62,789 bases of DNA from Rhizobiaceae bacterium (GTDB taxonomy: Bacteria; Pseudomonadota; Alphaproteobacteria; Rhizobiales; Rhizobiaceae), in assembly GCA_050178915.1 (NCBI GenBank), contig JBFXFO010000002.1, positions 1 to 62,789 of the forward strand. The letters run 5' to 3'. A model generated the notes under the pieces. The model saw only the letters and a list, made by a program, of their open reading frames with translations. It did not search any database and was not told where the DNA came from. The position numbers and the translations under genes were made by a program. Shown here one piece after another: positions 21,818 through 31,647 of the stretch; position 1 is the first letter of the stretch; each line of letters starts with the position of its first letter.

Positions 21818-22843
21818 ATGCCGCCCGTCCTCCGCCTTCTCGCGAAGCGGCTGGGAACCTCGTTGATCGTCCTGATCGGCGTGTCCCTGCTGATCTTCGC
21901 CATCGCCCGGGTGATCCCCGGCGACCCCGCGCGCATCGCGCTCGGGCCGAACGCCACGGCGGAAGCCGTCGAGGCGCTGCGCCTGCGGTTGCATCTGGAT
22001 AAAGGCTTCTTCGTCCAGTACGGATATTTCCTGTCGGATCTGTTTCGTGGCGATCTCGGTATTTCGCTCTACACCAACCGCCCGGTCATGAGCGACATCG
22101 CCGCCTTCCTTCCGGCCACGCTGGAGCTGATCCTCGTTGCCGGTCTGATGATGGTCTTCCTCGGCCTGCCGCTCGGCGTGATGGCTGCCCGCTACCGCGG
22201 TTCGTGGATCGATCACTCGATCCGCCTCGTGACGCTGCTCGGCGTTTCCGCGCCCGGCTTCGTCTGGGCGGTGATCCTGATGCTGGTCTTCGCCTACTTC
22301 CTGCCGCTCTTCCCGATTGCCGGCCGCATGGCGGACCTGCACAACGTGCCGACCGTCACCGGCTTCCTCTTCATCGATACGCTGGCCGCCGGCAATTTCC
22401 GCGCCTTCGGCAGCGCGGCCTGGCACGTCGTCCTGCCGGCCTTCGCGCTGGCGCTTTCCGGCATCGCGCAGGCAGCCCGCCTGACGCGCTCCAACATGGT
22501 CGAGACCTACGACAAGCCATACATCGAGATGGCGCGCAGCTATGGCTTCCCGGAGCGTCGCGTGGCGAAGAAATACGCCTACCGCCCGTCGCTCATCCCG
22601 TCGCTCACCATCATTGGCCTCGACTTCGCGGCGATGCTGGGCAACGCCTTCCTGATCGAGGCGGTGTTTGCGTGGCCCGGCCTGTCCCGCTACGGCGTCG
22701 CCGTGATCCTGCGCAAGGATCTGAACGCTATCGTCGGCACTGTGCTGATCATCTCGGCGCTGTTCCTCATCGTGAACATCATCGTCGATCTCCTCATCGC
22801 CTACATCAACCCGCGCATCCGCTACTCGCAGAGGGCGACATGA
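21818..22843 (+). CDS. ABC transporter permease (DppB-like)
   Basis: MPPVLRLLAKRLGTSLIVLIGVSLLIFAIARVIPGDPARIALG..., a BPD_transp_1 permease of peptide-type importers. Confidence 0.9.
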   Translation: MPPVLRLLAKRLGTSLIVLIGVSLLIFAIARVIPGDPARIALGPNATAEAVEALRLRLHLDKGFFVQYGYFLSDLFRGDLGISLYTNRPVMSDIAAFLPATLELILVAGLMMVFLGLPLGVMAARYRGSWIDHSIRLVTLLGVSAPGFVWAVILMLVFAYFLPLFPIAGRMADLHNVPTVTGFLFIDTLAAGNFRAFGSAAWHVVLPAFALALSGIAQAARLTRSNMVETYDKPYIEMARSYGFPERRVAKKYAYRPSLIPSLTIIGLDFAAMLGNAFLIEAVFAWPGLSRYGVAVILRKDLNAIVGTVLIISALFLIVNIIVDLLIAYINPRIRYSQRAT

Positions 22844-23673
22844 AGCGGACCTTCGCCATCCTGATCCGCAACCCGCTGTCGCTGCTTGGCCTGATCCTCG
22901 TCTCGCTGGTGGTGCTCTCGGCGATCTTTGCCGATTTCATCGCGCCATTCCCCACGCATGTCGGCGCCGTGGTCGACTTCACCAACAACAACAAGCCGCC
23001 GGAGTGGCCCTACATCTTCGGCACCGACCTCGTCGGTCGTGATCTCTTCAGCCGCATCCTCTACGCCTACCGCGTATCGCTGCTGCTCGGGATCGTGGTG
23101 CTGGCGATCGCCGTGCCGGTCGGTGTCATCATCGGCCTGCTTGCCGGCTATCTCGGCGGCTGGGTCGAATACCTGCTGATGCGGCTGACCGACGTGTTCC
23201 TGTCGATCCCGCCGCTGGTGCTGGCGATGTCGATGATGGGCCTGCTCGAGCCGACGCTCGCCAACGGCATGATTGCGGTGACGGTCATGTGGTGGCCCTG
23301 GTACACGCGCCTCGTCTACAACCTGGTGCGCGGCGAGAAGGAAGAGGGCTATGTGCTCGCCGCCGAGGTGATAGGCGCCTCGCGGCTGCATGTGATGTTC
23401 CGCGAGATCCTGCCGAACTGCATGCCGTCGATCGTCACCAAGATGACGCTCGACCTTGGCTTCGTCATCCTCATCGCCTCGTCGCTGTCCTTCCTCGGCC
23501 TTGGCGTGCAGCCGCCGACGCCGGATCTCGGCTCGATGGTGGCGGAAGGCGCGAAGTACCTGCCGGACAGCTGGTGGCTGACCGTGTTCCCCGGCCTCGC
23601 CATCCTGATTGCCGTGTTCGGCTTCAACCTGATCGGCGACGCGCTGCGCGAAGTTCTGGGGGCGGAGCAATGA
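22840..23673 (+). CDS. ABC transporter permease (DppC-like)
   Basis: MKRTFAILIRNPLSLLGLILVSLVVLSAIFADFIAPFP...GTDLVGRDLFSRILYA... ATG 22840 overlaps the preceding stop (ATGA). The 489-aa track ORF is an upstream extension. Confidence 0.9.
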   Translation: MKRTFAILIRNPLSLLGLILVSLVVLSAIFADFIAPFPTHVGAVVDFTNNNKPPEWPYIFGTDLVGRDLFSRILYAYRVSLLLGIVVLAIAVPVGVIIGLLAGYLGGWVEYLLMRLTDVFLSIPPLVLAMSMMGLLEPTLANGMIAVTVMWWPWYTRLVYNLVRGEKEEGYVLAAEVIGASRLHVMFREILPNCMPSIVTKMTLDLGFVILIASSLSFLGLGVQPPTPDLGSMVAEGAKYLPDSWWLTVFPGLAILIAVFGFNLIGDALREVLGAEQ

Positions 23674-24557
23674 GCACCCCGACGCTCCGCATCCGGGACC
23701 TCAAGCTCGGCTTCCGCACATGGGCCGGAACAAGCGACGTGCTGCATGGCATCTCGCTGCACATCGCGCGCGGCGAGCGCGTCGCGCTGGTGGGCGAAAG
23801 CGGCTCGGGCAAGTCGGTGACCGCGCGTGTCGTGCTCGGCCTGCTGCAGGAACTGCGCAGCGCGCGCACCAGCGGGCTGGTCGAGTTCGAGGGACAGGAT
23901 CTGTCGCGGCTTTCGCGCGCTGCGCGGCATGCGCTGCGCGGCACGAAGATGTCGATGATCTTCCAGGACCCGACCTCGTCGCTCAACCCGGTCTATCGCA
24001 TTGCCGACCAGTTCCACGAGGTCATCCAGCGCGGCTCGCCGGGCATCGACCGCTACCTGGCGCGGCGGCGCGCCGTGGCTGCGCTGACCGACGTGGCGAT
24101 CGGCGAGCCGGAGCGCGTGCTCGACTCCTATCCCTTCCAGCTGTCGGGCGGCATGAACCAGCGCGTGATGATCGCCATGGCGCTTGCCAACGAGCCGTCT
24201 CTGCTGATCGCCGACGAGCCCGGCACGGCGCTCGACGTGACCGTGCAGGCGCAGACGCTGAAGCTGATGCGCGAGCTGGTGACGAAGCACAACACGGCGG
24301 TGCTGTTCATCTCGCACAATCTCGGCGTGGTGCGTGAATTCGCCGACCGCGTCTACGTCATCTACAAGGGCCGCATCGCCGAGCAGGGTCCGACGGCGGC
24401 GCTGTTCGAGAACCCGCGGCATCCCTACACGCGCGCTCTGCTCGCGGCGGTTCCCCGCATCACCGGAGGTGGCATTCCCGAGATCGAGGACGCGTCGAAG
24501 GACTATTTCGCACCACTCGTCGTGCACGAGGGTTATGGCGAGGAGCGGGTCGGATGA
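23670..24557 (+). CDS. ABC transporter ATP-binding protein (DppD-like)
   Basis: MSTPTLRIRDLKLGF...VALVGESGSGKSV...LSGGMNQRVMIAMALANEPSLLIADEPGTALD. ATG 23670 overlaps the preceding stop. Confidence 0.9.
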   Translation: MSTPTLRIRDLKLGFRTWAGTSDVLHGISLHIARGERVALVGESGSGKSVTARVVLGLLQELRSARTSGLVEFEGQDLSRLSRAARHALRGTKMSMIFQDPTSSLNPVYRIADQFHEVIQRGSPGIDRYLARRRAVAALTDVAIGEPERVLDSYPFQLSGGMNQRVMIAMALANEPSLLIADEPGTALDVTVQAQTLKLMRELVTKHNTAVLFISHNLGVVREFADRVYVIYKGRIAEQGPTAALFENPRHPYTRALLAAVPRITGGGIPEIEDASKDYFAPLVVHEGYGEERVG

Positions 24558-25369
24558 CAGAACCGCTGCTGTCGCTGCGCGACGTCTCCAAGACCTTCCA
24601 CACCGCCGGACGCGAAGTGCGCGCTGTCGACGGCGTCTCCTTCGCCGTCGAGCAGGGCGAGTGCCTTGCCGTCGTCGGCGAGAGCGGTTCGGGCAAGTCG
24701 ACCGTCGCCAACATGATCCTCGGCATCTATCCGCAGACGGCTGGCGAGATCCGCTTCAAGGGCAGGCCGCTGCCCGCGCGCCGCACGCTTTCAGACCGCC
24801 GCGCCATCCAGCTGGTGCAGCAGAATCCACTCTCCTCGCTGAACCCGCGGCGCAGCATCGGCGCCTCGCTGCGGCTGGCGCTCGACGTGCACGGCATCGG
24901 CGAACGCTCCGGCCGCGCGGCCCGCACGGCCAAGCTGCTGGAGGAGGTCGGCCTGCCCGGCGAGTTCCGCACGCGCTCGCCGTCCTCGCTGTCGGGCGGG
25001 CAGCGCCAGCGCGTCGCGATTGCGCGTGCGCTCGCCTGCGAATCCGAACTGGTGGTACTCGATGAGCCGACCTCGGCGCTCGACGTTCTCGTGCAGGCGC
25101 GCGTCCTGAAGCTGCTCGACGAGCTCCGGCGCCAGCGCGGGCTGACCTACGTCTTCATCACCCACGACCTGTCGGTCGTTCGCAACATCGCCGACCGTGT
25201 CGCGGTCTTCGAGAAGGGGCGCCTTGTTGAGATCGATCGCACCGAGACGATCTTCGACAACCCGTCCCATCCCTATACGCGGCGTCTGATCGGCGCCGTG
25301 CCGGTCGTCACCGCCGAAGAGGCTGTGTTGCGCGAGCGGCTGCTGCAAAGGAGTGAGCAAAGTGCCTGA
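24554..25369 (+). CDS. ABC transporter ATP-binding protein (DppF-like)
   Basis: ...LAVVGESGSGKST...LSGGQRQRVAIARALACESELVVLDEPTSALD... ATGA overlap with the preceding gene. Confidence 0.9.
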   Translation: MTEPLLSLRDVSKTFHTAGREVRAVDGVSFAVEQGECLAVVGESGSGKSTVANMILGIYPQTAGEIRFKGRPLPARRTLSDRRAIQLVQQNPLSSLNPRRSIGASLRLALDVHGIGERSGRAARTAKLLEEVGLPGEFRTRSPSSLSGGQRQRVAIARALACESELVVLDEPTSALDVLVQARVLKLLDELRRQRGLTYVFITHDLSVVRNIADRVAVFEKGRLVEIDRTETIFDNPSHPYTRRLIGAVPVVTAEEAVLRERLLQRSEQSA

Positions 25370-25859
25370 CTATGCATCCATGACCAAGGCTGTCGCCGCG
25401 CAGGGCCGGCAGCCCGAAGCAGCCTTTGACGCGCTGCGGGCGCTGACCGAGGAGGTGGTCGGCGTGAAGCTGTTCACCGTGATGACGCGCGATCCGGTCG
25501 AGGGCGTCGCCCAGCGCATCTACTCCAACATGCCCGACGCCTATCCCGTCTCCGGCAAGAAGCCGGCCAACGAGACCGACTGGACGCGGCAGGTGGTGGT
25601 CGAGAAGCGGACCTTCGTGGCCAACGACATCGCCAGCATCGCTGAGGTTTTCTATGACCATGAGCTGATCAAGTCGCTCGGTTGCGAGAGCGTCATCAAC
25701 GTGCCGATCGTCATCGACGGCGAAGTCCTGGGCACCATCAACTGCCTGCACGAGGCGGGTTTCTACACGCCTGAGAAGATTGAGGCTGCCGAGGCGCTGA
25801 AGTTGCCCGGCGCCGTCTGCCTGCTGCTGAACGACTATGTTTCCCGAGGAGCCGAGTAA
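25353..25859 (+). CDS. Stand-alone GAF-domain protein (GAF_2 / free-Met-sulfoxide-reductase-like fold), function unknown
   Basis: About 165 aa. ...FVANDIASIAEVFYDHELIKSLGCESVINVPIVIDGEVLGTINCLHEAG resembles the C-terminal core of small GAF_2 proteins. Possible starts are GTG 25353, GTG 25362 (AAGGAG 8 nt upstream) or ATG 25380. It overlaps the dppF-like stop, and its TAA overlaps the hyuA ATG (TAATG). Confidence 0.7.
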   Translation: MSKVPDYASMTKAVAAQGRQPEAAFDALRALTEEVVGVKLFTVMTRDPVEGVAQRIYSNMPDAYPVSGKKPANETDWTRQVVVEKRTFVANDIASIAEVFYDHELIKSLGCESVINVPIVIDGEVLGTINCLHEAGFYTPEKIEAAEALKLPGAVCLLLNDYVSRGAE

Positions 25860-27934
25860 TGGCGAGCAAGACCATCCGCGTAGCCACCGACGTCGGCGGC
25901 ACCTTCACCGACCTCGTGTGCTTCGAGACCGACCACGCCACCGGCGAGTCGCGTATCGTCACCGCCAAGTCTGACACCACGCCGCCGGATTTCGAGCAGG
26001 GCGTGCTCAACGTGCTGGCCAAGGGCGGCGTCGATCCGAGCTCCGTCGATTTCCTCGCGCACGGCACGACGGTCGTCATCAACGCGCTGACCGAACGCAA
26101 GGGCGTCAAGGTCGGGCTCATCACCACCGAGGGTTTCCGCGACTCGCTCGAGATCGCACGCGGCAACCGCCCCGACTTCTTCAACCTGCACTACGAGAAG
26201 CCGAAGGCCTTCGTGCCGCGCTACCTGCGCCGCGAGCTGCCGGGCCGCATGTCCTATCGCGGCGAGGAGATGAAGCCGCTCGACCTCTCCGGCCTGCCGG
26301 CGATCCTGGAGGACTTCAAGGCCGATGGCGTGCAGGCCGTGGCGATCTGCTTCCTGCACTCCTATGCCGACACACGACACGAGCAGGCGACGCTGGCCGA
26401 GGTCGAGAAGCTGTGGCCGGGCGTGTCGGTCGTCTCCTCGCACCAGATCACGCGCGAGTGGCGCGAGTATGAGCGCGCCAACACGGCGGTGCTCTCGGCC
26501 TATGTGCAGCCCATCGCCGAGCGCTACCTCTCGCGCCTGCATGCGGGCCTGAAGGAGAAGGGCTTCTCCCGCAGCCCCTACATCATGCAGTCCAACTGCG
26601 GCGTCGACTCGCTCGAATCGGTTTCGAAGATCCCGATCACCATGGTCGAGTCCGGCCCGGCCTCGGGCTTCTGGGGCGCAGCCGAGCTCGGCAAGCTGAT
26701 CGGCGAGCCGAACGTGCTGGCGCTCGACATCGGCGGCACCACGGCGAAGTGCTCGCTGATCGAGAATGGCGGCGTGAAGATCAAGACCGACTACTGGATC
26801 GAGCGCGACCGCACCTCGTCGGGCTATCCGATCATGGTGCCGGTGGTCGATCTGGTCGAGATCGGCAATGGCGGCGGCTCGATCGCCTGGGTCGATGATT
26901 TCGGCAAGCTGCATGTCGGCCCGAAATCGGCCGGCGCTCTGCCCGGTCCCGCGGCCTACGGCCGTGGCGGCACCAAGGCCACGACCACCGACGCCAACCT
27001 CTGGCTCGGCCGCATCAACCGCGACTATTTCTGCGGTGGCGAGGTGGTCGCCGACATGCAGGCGACAGAGGCAGCGCTTGCCGAGGTCTCCGGCAAGCTC
27101 GGCGGCACGGTCGAGGACGCCGCGCGCGGCATCATCCGCATCGCCAACAACAACATGGTCAACGCGCTGAAGCTGGTGTCGCTCAATCGCGGCCACGATC
27201 CGCGTGACTTCACGCTGGTGGTGTTCGGCGGCGGCGGCGGCATGCACGGCGTTGCGCTCGGCATGGAACTCGGCGTCAAGAAGGTCGTGGTGCCGGCCGG
27301 CGCTTCGGTCTTCTCCGCCTGGGGCATGATGATGTCGGACCTGCGCCGCGACTACTTCGTCACGCGCCTTGCCGACCTGCGGAAGGGCGCCGCCGTCGGC
27401 ATCGAGAATCTGTTCGCCGAAAGCGAGGAGCGCGCAAAGGCGCAATTCGCCGCCGAGGGCGTCGATGCCGGCCAGGTCAAGTTCCTGCGCTACGGCAAGT
27501 TCCGCTACCAGAACCAGGAGCACACGACCGAGGTTCTGATCGAGGGCGGCGCCATCACCGACGATCGGCTGGCTGGCATCGAGAAGGCGTTCCACGAGAC
27601 CTACGAGCGCGAATACACCTACCGGCTCGATGCGCCGGTGGAGCTGGTCGGCATCCATCTCGTCGCCTCCGCCGAAGTCGGCAAGCTCACGATGCGCAAG
27701 CGCGAGCCGACCGGCACCAAGGCCGAGGCGGCGCTGAAGGGCCAGCGCGACGTCGATTACGCGCTGGAGGGCATCCACAAGGCGTCGATCTACGACGGCA
27801 CCAAGCTGGAACCCGGCATGAGCTTCGTCGGCCCGGCCATCGTCGAGGATCCCGGCACGACCATCGTCATCCACCCCGGCAACAAGGTCGAGGTCGATGG
27901 CTACGGCAACATCCACATCCATCTTTCGGCTTGA
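25859..27934 (+). CDS. hyuA: Hydantoinase/oxoprolinase family protein, A subunit (HyuA-like, ATP-binding)
   Basis: MASKTIRVATDVGGTFTDLV...HGTTVVINALTERKG...ALDIGGTTAKCSL...VFGGGGGMHG, the ASKHA-fold HyuA signature. 691 aa. Confidence 0.9.
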   Translation: MASKTIRVATDVGGTFTDLVCFETDHATGESRIVTAKSDTTPPDFEQGVLNVLAKGGVDPSSVDFLAHGTTVVINALTERKGVKVGLITTEGFRDSLEIARGNRPDFFNLHYEKPKAFVPRYLRRELPGRMSYRGEEMKPLDLSGLPAILEDFKADGVQAVAICFLHSYADTRHEQATLAEVEKLWPGVSVVSSHQITREWREYERANTAVLSAYVQPIAERYLSRLHAGLKEKGFSRSPYIMQSNCGVDSLESVSKIPITMVESGPASGFWGAAELGKLIGEPNVLALDIGGTTAKCSLIENGGVKIKTDYWIERDRTSSGYPIMVPVVDLVEIGNGGGSIAWVDDFGKLHVGPKSAGALPGPAAYGRGGTKATTTDANLWLGRINRDYFCGGEVVADMQATEAALAEVSGKLGGTVEDAARGIIRIANNNMVNALKLVSLNRGHDPRDFTLVVFGGGGGMHGVALGMELGVKKVVVPAGASVFSAWGMMMSDLRRDYFVTRLADLRKGAAVGIENLFAESEERAKAQFAAEGVDAGQVKFLRYGKFRYQNQEHTTEVLIEGGAITDDRLAGIEKAFHETYEREYTYRLDAPVELVGIHLVASAEVGKLTMRKREPTGTKAEAALKGQRDVDYALEGIHKASIYDGTKLEPGMSFVGPAIVEDPGTTIVIHPGNKVEVDGYGNIHIHLSA

Positions 27935-27944
27935 GGAGACAACG

Positions 27945-29609
27945 ATGACCGAGAAGGCCAACGATCCGATCACGCTGGAAATCATCCAGAACTCGCTGCA
28001 GGCGACCGCCGACGAAATGTTCGCGGTGATGCGCAAGACGGCGATGAGCTCGATCATCTACGAGGTGCTCGACATGGGCACCGGCATCACCGACGCCAAG
28101 GGAGCTCTGGCATCGTCCGGCGCCGGCATTCCGGCCTTCGTCGGTGTGCTCGACAAGGCGGTGAAGGTGCTGGTCGAGAAGCATGACAAGCCGGGCGACA
28201 TCGAGCCGGGCGACGTGTTCCTGACCAACGATCCCTACTATGGCGGCGTCACCCACCTGAACGACATCATCGTCGCCATGCCGGTGTTCGCCGGCGGGCG
28301 CATCATCGCCTGGACCGCCAACATCGCCCACAATTCCGACGTGGGCGGCATGGCGCCGGGTTCGCTCAGCGGCAACGCCACCGAGATCTTCCAGGAAGGC
28401 CTGCGTCTGCCGGCGATCAAGATCATCTCGAAGGGCGAGACGATCCGCTCAGTGATGGACATCATCAAGGTCAACTCGCGCATGCCCGACGTGCTTGAAG
28501 GCGACGTCTGGGCGGCCATCGCCTCGGCCCGCATCGGCGCCAGGCGCCTCGTCGAACTCGCCGAGAAGTATGGCGTCGACACCTTCGAGAAGGCCATGGA
28601 TTCGTTCATGGATTTCGGCGAGCAGGTGTCCATCTCGGAACTCGCCAAGCTGCCGAAGGGCACCTTCGACTTCTCCGAGGAGCAGGACGACGGCCGCATC
28701 TTCAACGTGAAGATCACCATCTCCGATACCGAGTTCATCGTCGACCTGCGCGACAATCCCGACCAGGCCACCGGCCCGGTCAACACTCACCGCGACGGCG
28801 TGATGGTCTGCGCCCAGATGATCTTCAAGTCGCTGACCGACCCGTACTCGCCGGCCAACGAGGGCTCGTTCCGGCCGATCAAGCTCTTGACGCGTGAAGG
28901 CTCGTGCTTCCACGCCAAGGAGCCGGCACCGCTCGGCTTCTACTTCGAGATCGAAGTGCGGGTGTACGACCTGATGTGGCGCTGCCTCGCCAAGGTGGTG
29001 CCCGAGCGTCTGGCGGCGGGCCACTTCGCCTCGATCTGCGGCACGTTCGTCGGCGGCATACACCCCGACACCGGCCGGCAGTACACGATCATCGAGCCGC
29101 AGATCGGCGGCTGGGGCGCTTCCGACGGCCGCGACGGCAACAGCGCCATCTTCTCCGGCTTCCACGGCGAGACCTACAACTGCCCGGCCGAGATCAACGA
29201 GGCACGCAATGGCCTCATCGTCGATCGCATGGAGCTCAACACGGCGCCGGGCGGCGAGGGCAAATATGTTGGCGGCCGCGGCATCGTGATGGATTACCGC
29301 ATCCGTGGCGACAATGGCTTCCTGACCGCCGGCTACACGCGCTTCAAGTTCCCGCCATGGGCGCTCTCCGAGGGTAACGATGGCTCGCCGAACTACGTCC
29401 AGTATCTCGGCAAGGACGGCACGTCCGAACGCTATGCCTTCGTTTCCGGGCTGACGACGCACACCGACGACGTGATCCGCGTGGTGACGGGTTCGGGCGG
29501 CGGCTTCGGCGATCCGAAGGAGCGTGATCCGGAACAGGTGAAGCTCGACATCCGCAACGGGCTGATCACGCCCGAGCGCGCGAAGGAAGTCTACGGCATC
29601 GGCGCGTAA
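27945..29609 (+). CDS. hyuB: Hydantoinase B/oxoprolinase family protein (HyuB-like), copy 1
   Basis: MTEKANDPITLEIIQNSLQATADEMFAVMRKTAMSSIIYEVLDMGTGITDAKG...NDPYYGGVTHLNDI... Start ATG 27945 has GAGGAG 7 nt upstream and lies 10 nt after the hyuA stop. Confidence 0.9.
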   Translation: MTEKANDPITLEIIQNSLQATADEMFAVMRKTAMSSIIYEVLDMGTGITDAKGALASSGAGIPAFVGVLDKAVKVLVEKHDKPGDIEPGDVFLTNDPYYGGVTHLNDIIVAMPVFAGGRIIAWTANIAHNSDVGGMAPGSLSGNATEIFQEGLRLPAIKIISKGETIRSVMDIIKVNSRMPDVLEGDVWAAIASARIGARRLVELAEKYGVDTFEKAMDSFMDFGEQVSISELAKLPKGTFDFSEEQDDGRIFNVKITISDTEFIVDLRDNPDQATGPVNTHRDGVMVCAQMIFKSLTDPYSPANEGSFRPIKLLTREGSCFHAKEPAPLGFYFEIEVRVYDLMWRCLAKVVPERLAAGHFASICGTFVGGIHPDTGRQYTIIEPQIGGWGASDGRDGNSAIFSGFHGETYNCPAEINEARNGLIVDRMELNTAPGGEGKYVGGRGIVMDYRIRGDNGFLTAGYTRFKFPPWALSEGNDGSPNYVQYLGKDGTSERYAFVSGLTTHTDDVIRVVTGSGGGFGDPKERDPEQVKLDIRNGLITPERAKEVYGIGA

Positions 29610-29656
29610 GCGCCACGCCATCCAGCCAGCAAGAAGCTATCAGGAGGAATACGAAG

Positions 29657-30490
29657 ATGACTGCTGCCCCGCTCAAGATCATGTACCTCAGCCCGGTGGG
29701 CATGAGTGCATATGACCCGGTGTTTGCCGACATGGCGCGGCGGCACAAGCTGCCGCAGACCGAAGTGCATGTGACGTCGTTGCCGGCCGATACGGGCGGC
29801 TTCACCCACATCGAGTTCCGCGCCTACGAGGCGATGGTGACGCGCGGCATCATCCGGGCCGTGCGTGCCGCCGCCCGCGAGGGCTTCGATGCGCTCGCCA
29901 TCGGCTGCTTCTACGACACCGCGCTGCACGACGCTCGCGAGATCTCCGGTGACATGATCGTCACCGCGCCGTGCCAGTCGTCCTGCGAGATCGCTGCCAG
30001 CCTGTCCAACCGCTTCGGCATCATCGTCGGACGGCGCAAATGGGTGCATCAGATGCACTCGACCGTGCGCGAGCATGGACACGAGCATCGCCTTTCCGGT
30101 TTCTATCATGTCGAGCTTGGCGTCGACGACTTCCAGAAGGACCACGCCGAGACCGAGCGTCGTCTGATCGCCGCCGGCCGCAAGGCGGTGGAAGAGGATT
30201 TCGCCGAGGCGCTGATCCTCGGCTGCACGCTGGAGGTCGGCTTCTACAAGCATGTCGAGAAGGCGCTTGGCGTGCCGGTCATCGATCCGTCCATCGCGGC
30301 GCTGAAGCGTGCCGAGTACGCTGCCGCGCTGAAACACGATTGCGGCTGGAACCCATCGCGCAGGTGGTCGAGCGAGGCGCCTTCCGAAGAAGAGATGGCG
30401 CGCTTCGGTGGCTTCGATGAAGGCGAGGCGTTCGGAAGCCGCATCATCGTGCCGGCCGACACAAGCGGGCCGGTGCGCAAGGCGGGATAG
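29657..30490 (+). CDS. Asp/Glu/hydantoin racemase family protein (HyuE-like)
   Basis: ...GFDALAIGCFYDTALHDAREI...IVTAPCQSS...ALILGCTLEVGF... This shows the two-Cys architecture of Asp/Glu/hydantoin racemases. AGGAGG RBS. Confidence 0.8.
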   Translation: MTAAPLKIMYLSPVGMSAYDPVFADMARRHKLPQTEVHVTSLPADTGGFTHIEFRAYEAMVTRGIIRAVRAAAREGFDALAIGCFYDTALHDAREISGDMIVTAPCQSSCEIAASLSNRFGIIVGRRKWVHQMHSTVREHGHEHRLSGFYHVELGVDDFQKDHAETERRLIAAGRKAVEEDFAEALILGCTLEVGFYKHVEKALGVPVIDPSIAALKRAEYAAALKHDCGWNPSRRWSSEAPSEEEMARFGGFDEGEAFGSRIIVPADTSGPVRKAG

Positions 30491-30544
30491 CGGGCGCAAC
30501 CGCTCGGCAGACGCCAGTTTGAAGGACATGCGGAAGGAACGATC

Positions 30545-31645
30545 ATGAAGGTGGATACGAAGAAGCGGCTCGCGGCGCTGCGTGGCAAGATGCAGGCGAC
30601 CGGCACCGATCTCGTCGCAATCGCGCCGGGCTCGCACATGGACTGGCTGCTTGGCTTCCACCCGCATCCAGACGAGCGGCCTTGCCTGCTGCTGGTGGGC
30701 AAGGAGCGCGAGACGTTCCTGATGCCGGTGCTGAACGCCGAAGGCACGCGCGAATCCACCGACATCTCGTTCCACACCTGGGCGGATGCCGACGGCCCGG
30801 CCGCCGCGCTGGATGCGGCGCTGGCGGAGATCGATGCCAAGGGGACGCGCAAAGTCGCGCTCGACGAAACCATGCGCGCCGACTTCGCTCTGTTCCTGCT
30901 GGGCGCGCTGCCGGGCGCGGAGCACACCTTCACCAGCGACACGATCGGTGCGCTGCGCATGCGCAAGGACTCTTACGAGTTCAAAGCGCTGAAGATGAAT
31001 GCCGGCATCGCCGACCGCGCGATCCAGAAGGGTTTTGCTTCGCTGAAGCCCGGCATGACCGAGCTGGATGTCGCCGCGGCGATCAAGGATCACTTTGCGT
31101 CCGAAGGCGCCTCGCCGTCCTTCTGGATCGTCGGCAGCGGCGGCAACGGCGCCTTCCCGCATCACCAGACCGGCGCGCGCAAGCTGGAAGAAGGCGACGC
31201 GATCGTCATCGACATTGGCGGGCGCAAGGGCGGGTTCCCGAGCGACATTACCCGCATGGCGGTCGTCGGCCGTCCGCCGGAAGGCTACGGCCAAATCCAT
31301 ACCATCGTGGAGAAGGCGGTGCAGGCCGCATTGAAGGCCGCCAGGCCCGGCGTGATGGCGAAGGAAGTCGACGCGGCTGCCCGCAACGTCATCGCCGACG
31401 CTGGCTACGGCGAGTATTTCGTGCACCGCACCGGCCATGGCCTCGGCATCGACGTGCACGAGCCGCCCTACATCACCTCGACCTCCGAGACGGTCCTTGA
31501 AGAGGGCATGGTGTTCTCCATCGAGCCAGGCATCTACATTCCCGGCCGTTTCGGCATCCGTCTGGAGGAGATTGTCATCCTGCGCGAGGATGGCCCGGAG
31601 ATCCTCTCCGACCTGCCGCGTGACCTGCACGTGGTCCGCCTCTAG
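30545..31645 (+). CDS. M24 family metallopeptidase (Xaa-Pro dipeptidase/aminopeptidase type)
   Basis: Creatinase/prolidase N-domain plus pita-bread domain. All five metal ligands are recognisable: VIDIGG, PSDITR, HRTGHGLGIDVHEPP, FSIEPGIY, RLEEIV. Confidence 0.88.
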   Translation: MKVDTKKRLAALRGKMQATGTDLVAIAPGSHMDWLLGFHPHPDERPCLLLVGKERETFLMPVLNAEGTRESTDISFHTWADADGPAAALDAALAEIDAKGTRKVALDETMRADFALFLLGALPGAEHTFTSDTIGALRMRKDSYEFKALKMNAGIADRAIQKGFASLKPGMTELDVAAAIKDHFASEGASPSFWIVGSGGNGAFPHHQTGARKLEEGDAIVIDIGGRKGGFPSDITRMAVVGRPPEGYGQIHTIVEKAVQAALKAARPGVMAKEVDAAARNVIADAGYGEYFVHRTGHGLGIDVHEPPYITSTSETVLEEGMVFSIEPGIYIPGRFGIRLEEIVILREDGPEILSDLPRDLHVVRL

Positions 31646-31647
31646 GA

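Noticed and set aside
25835-28057. Very long antisense ORFs opposite well-supported genes. Examples: 740 aa at 25835..28057, 679 aa at 29591..31630, 773 aa at 36383..38704, 516 aa at 7650..9200, 532 aa at 9152..10750, 520 aa at 42942..44504, 548 aa at 47765..49411.
   Set aside because: Their translations are Arg/Ala/Gly/His-rich, low-complexity and have no recognisable motifs. The opposite strand encodes clear HyuA, HyuB, FGGY kinase, HutI, HutH, ABC and DMGDH proteins. Stop-free shadow frames are expected at about 65% GC.
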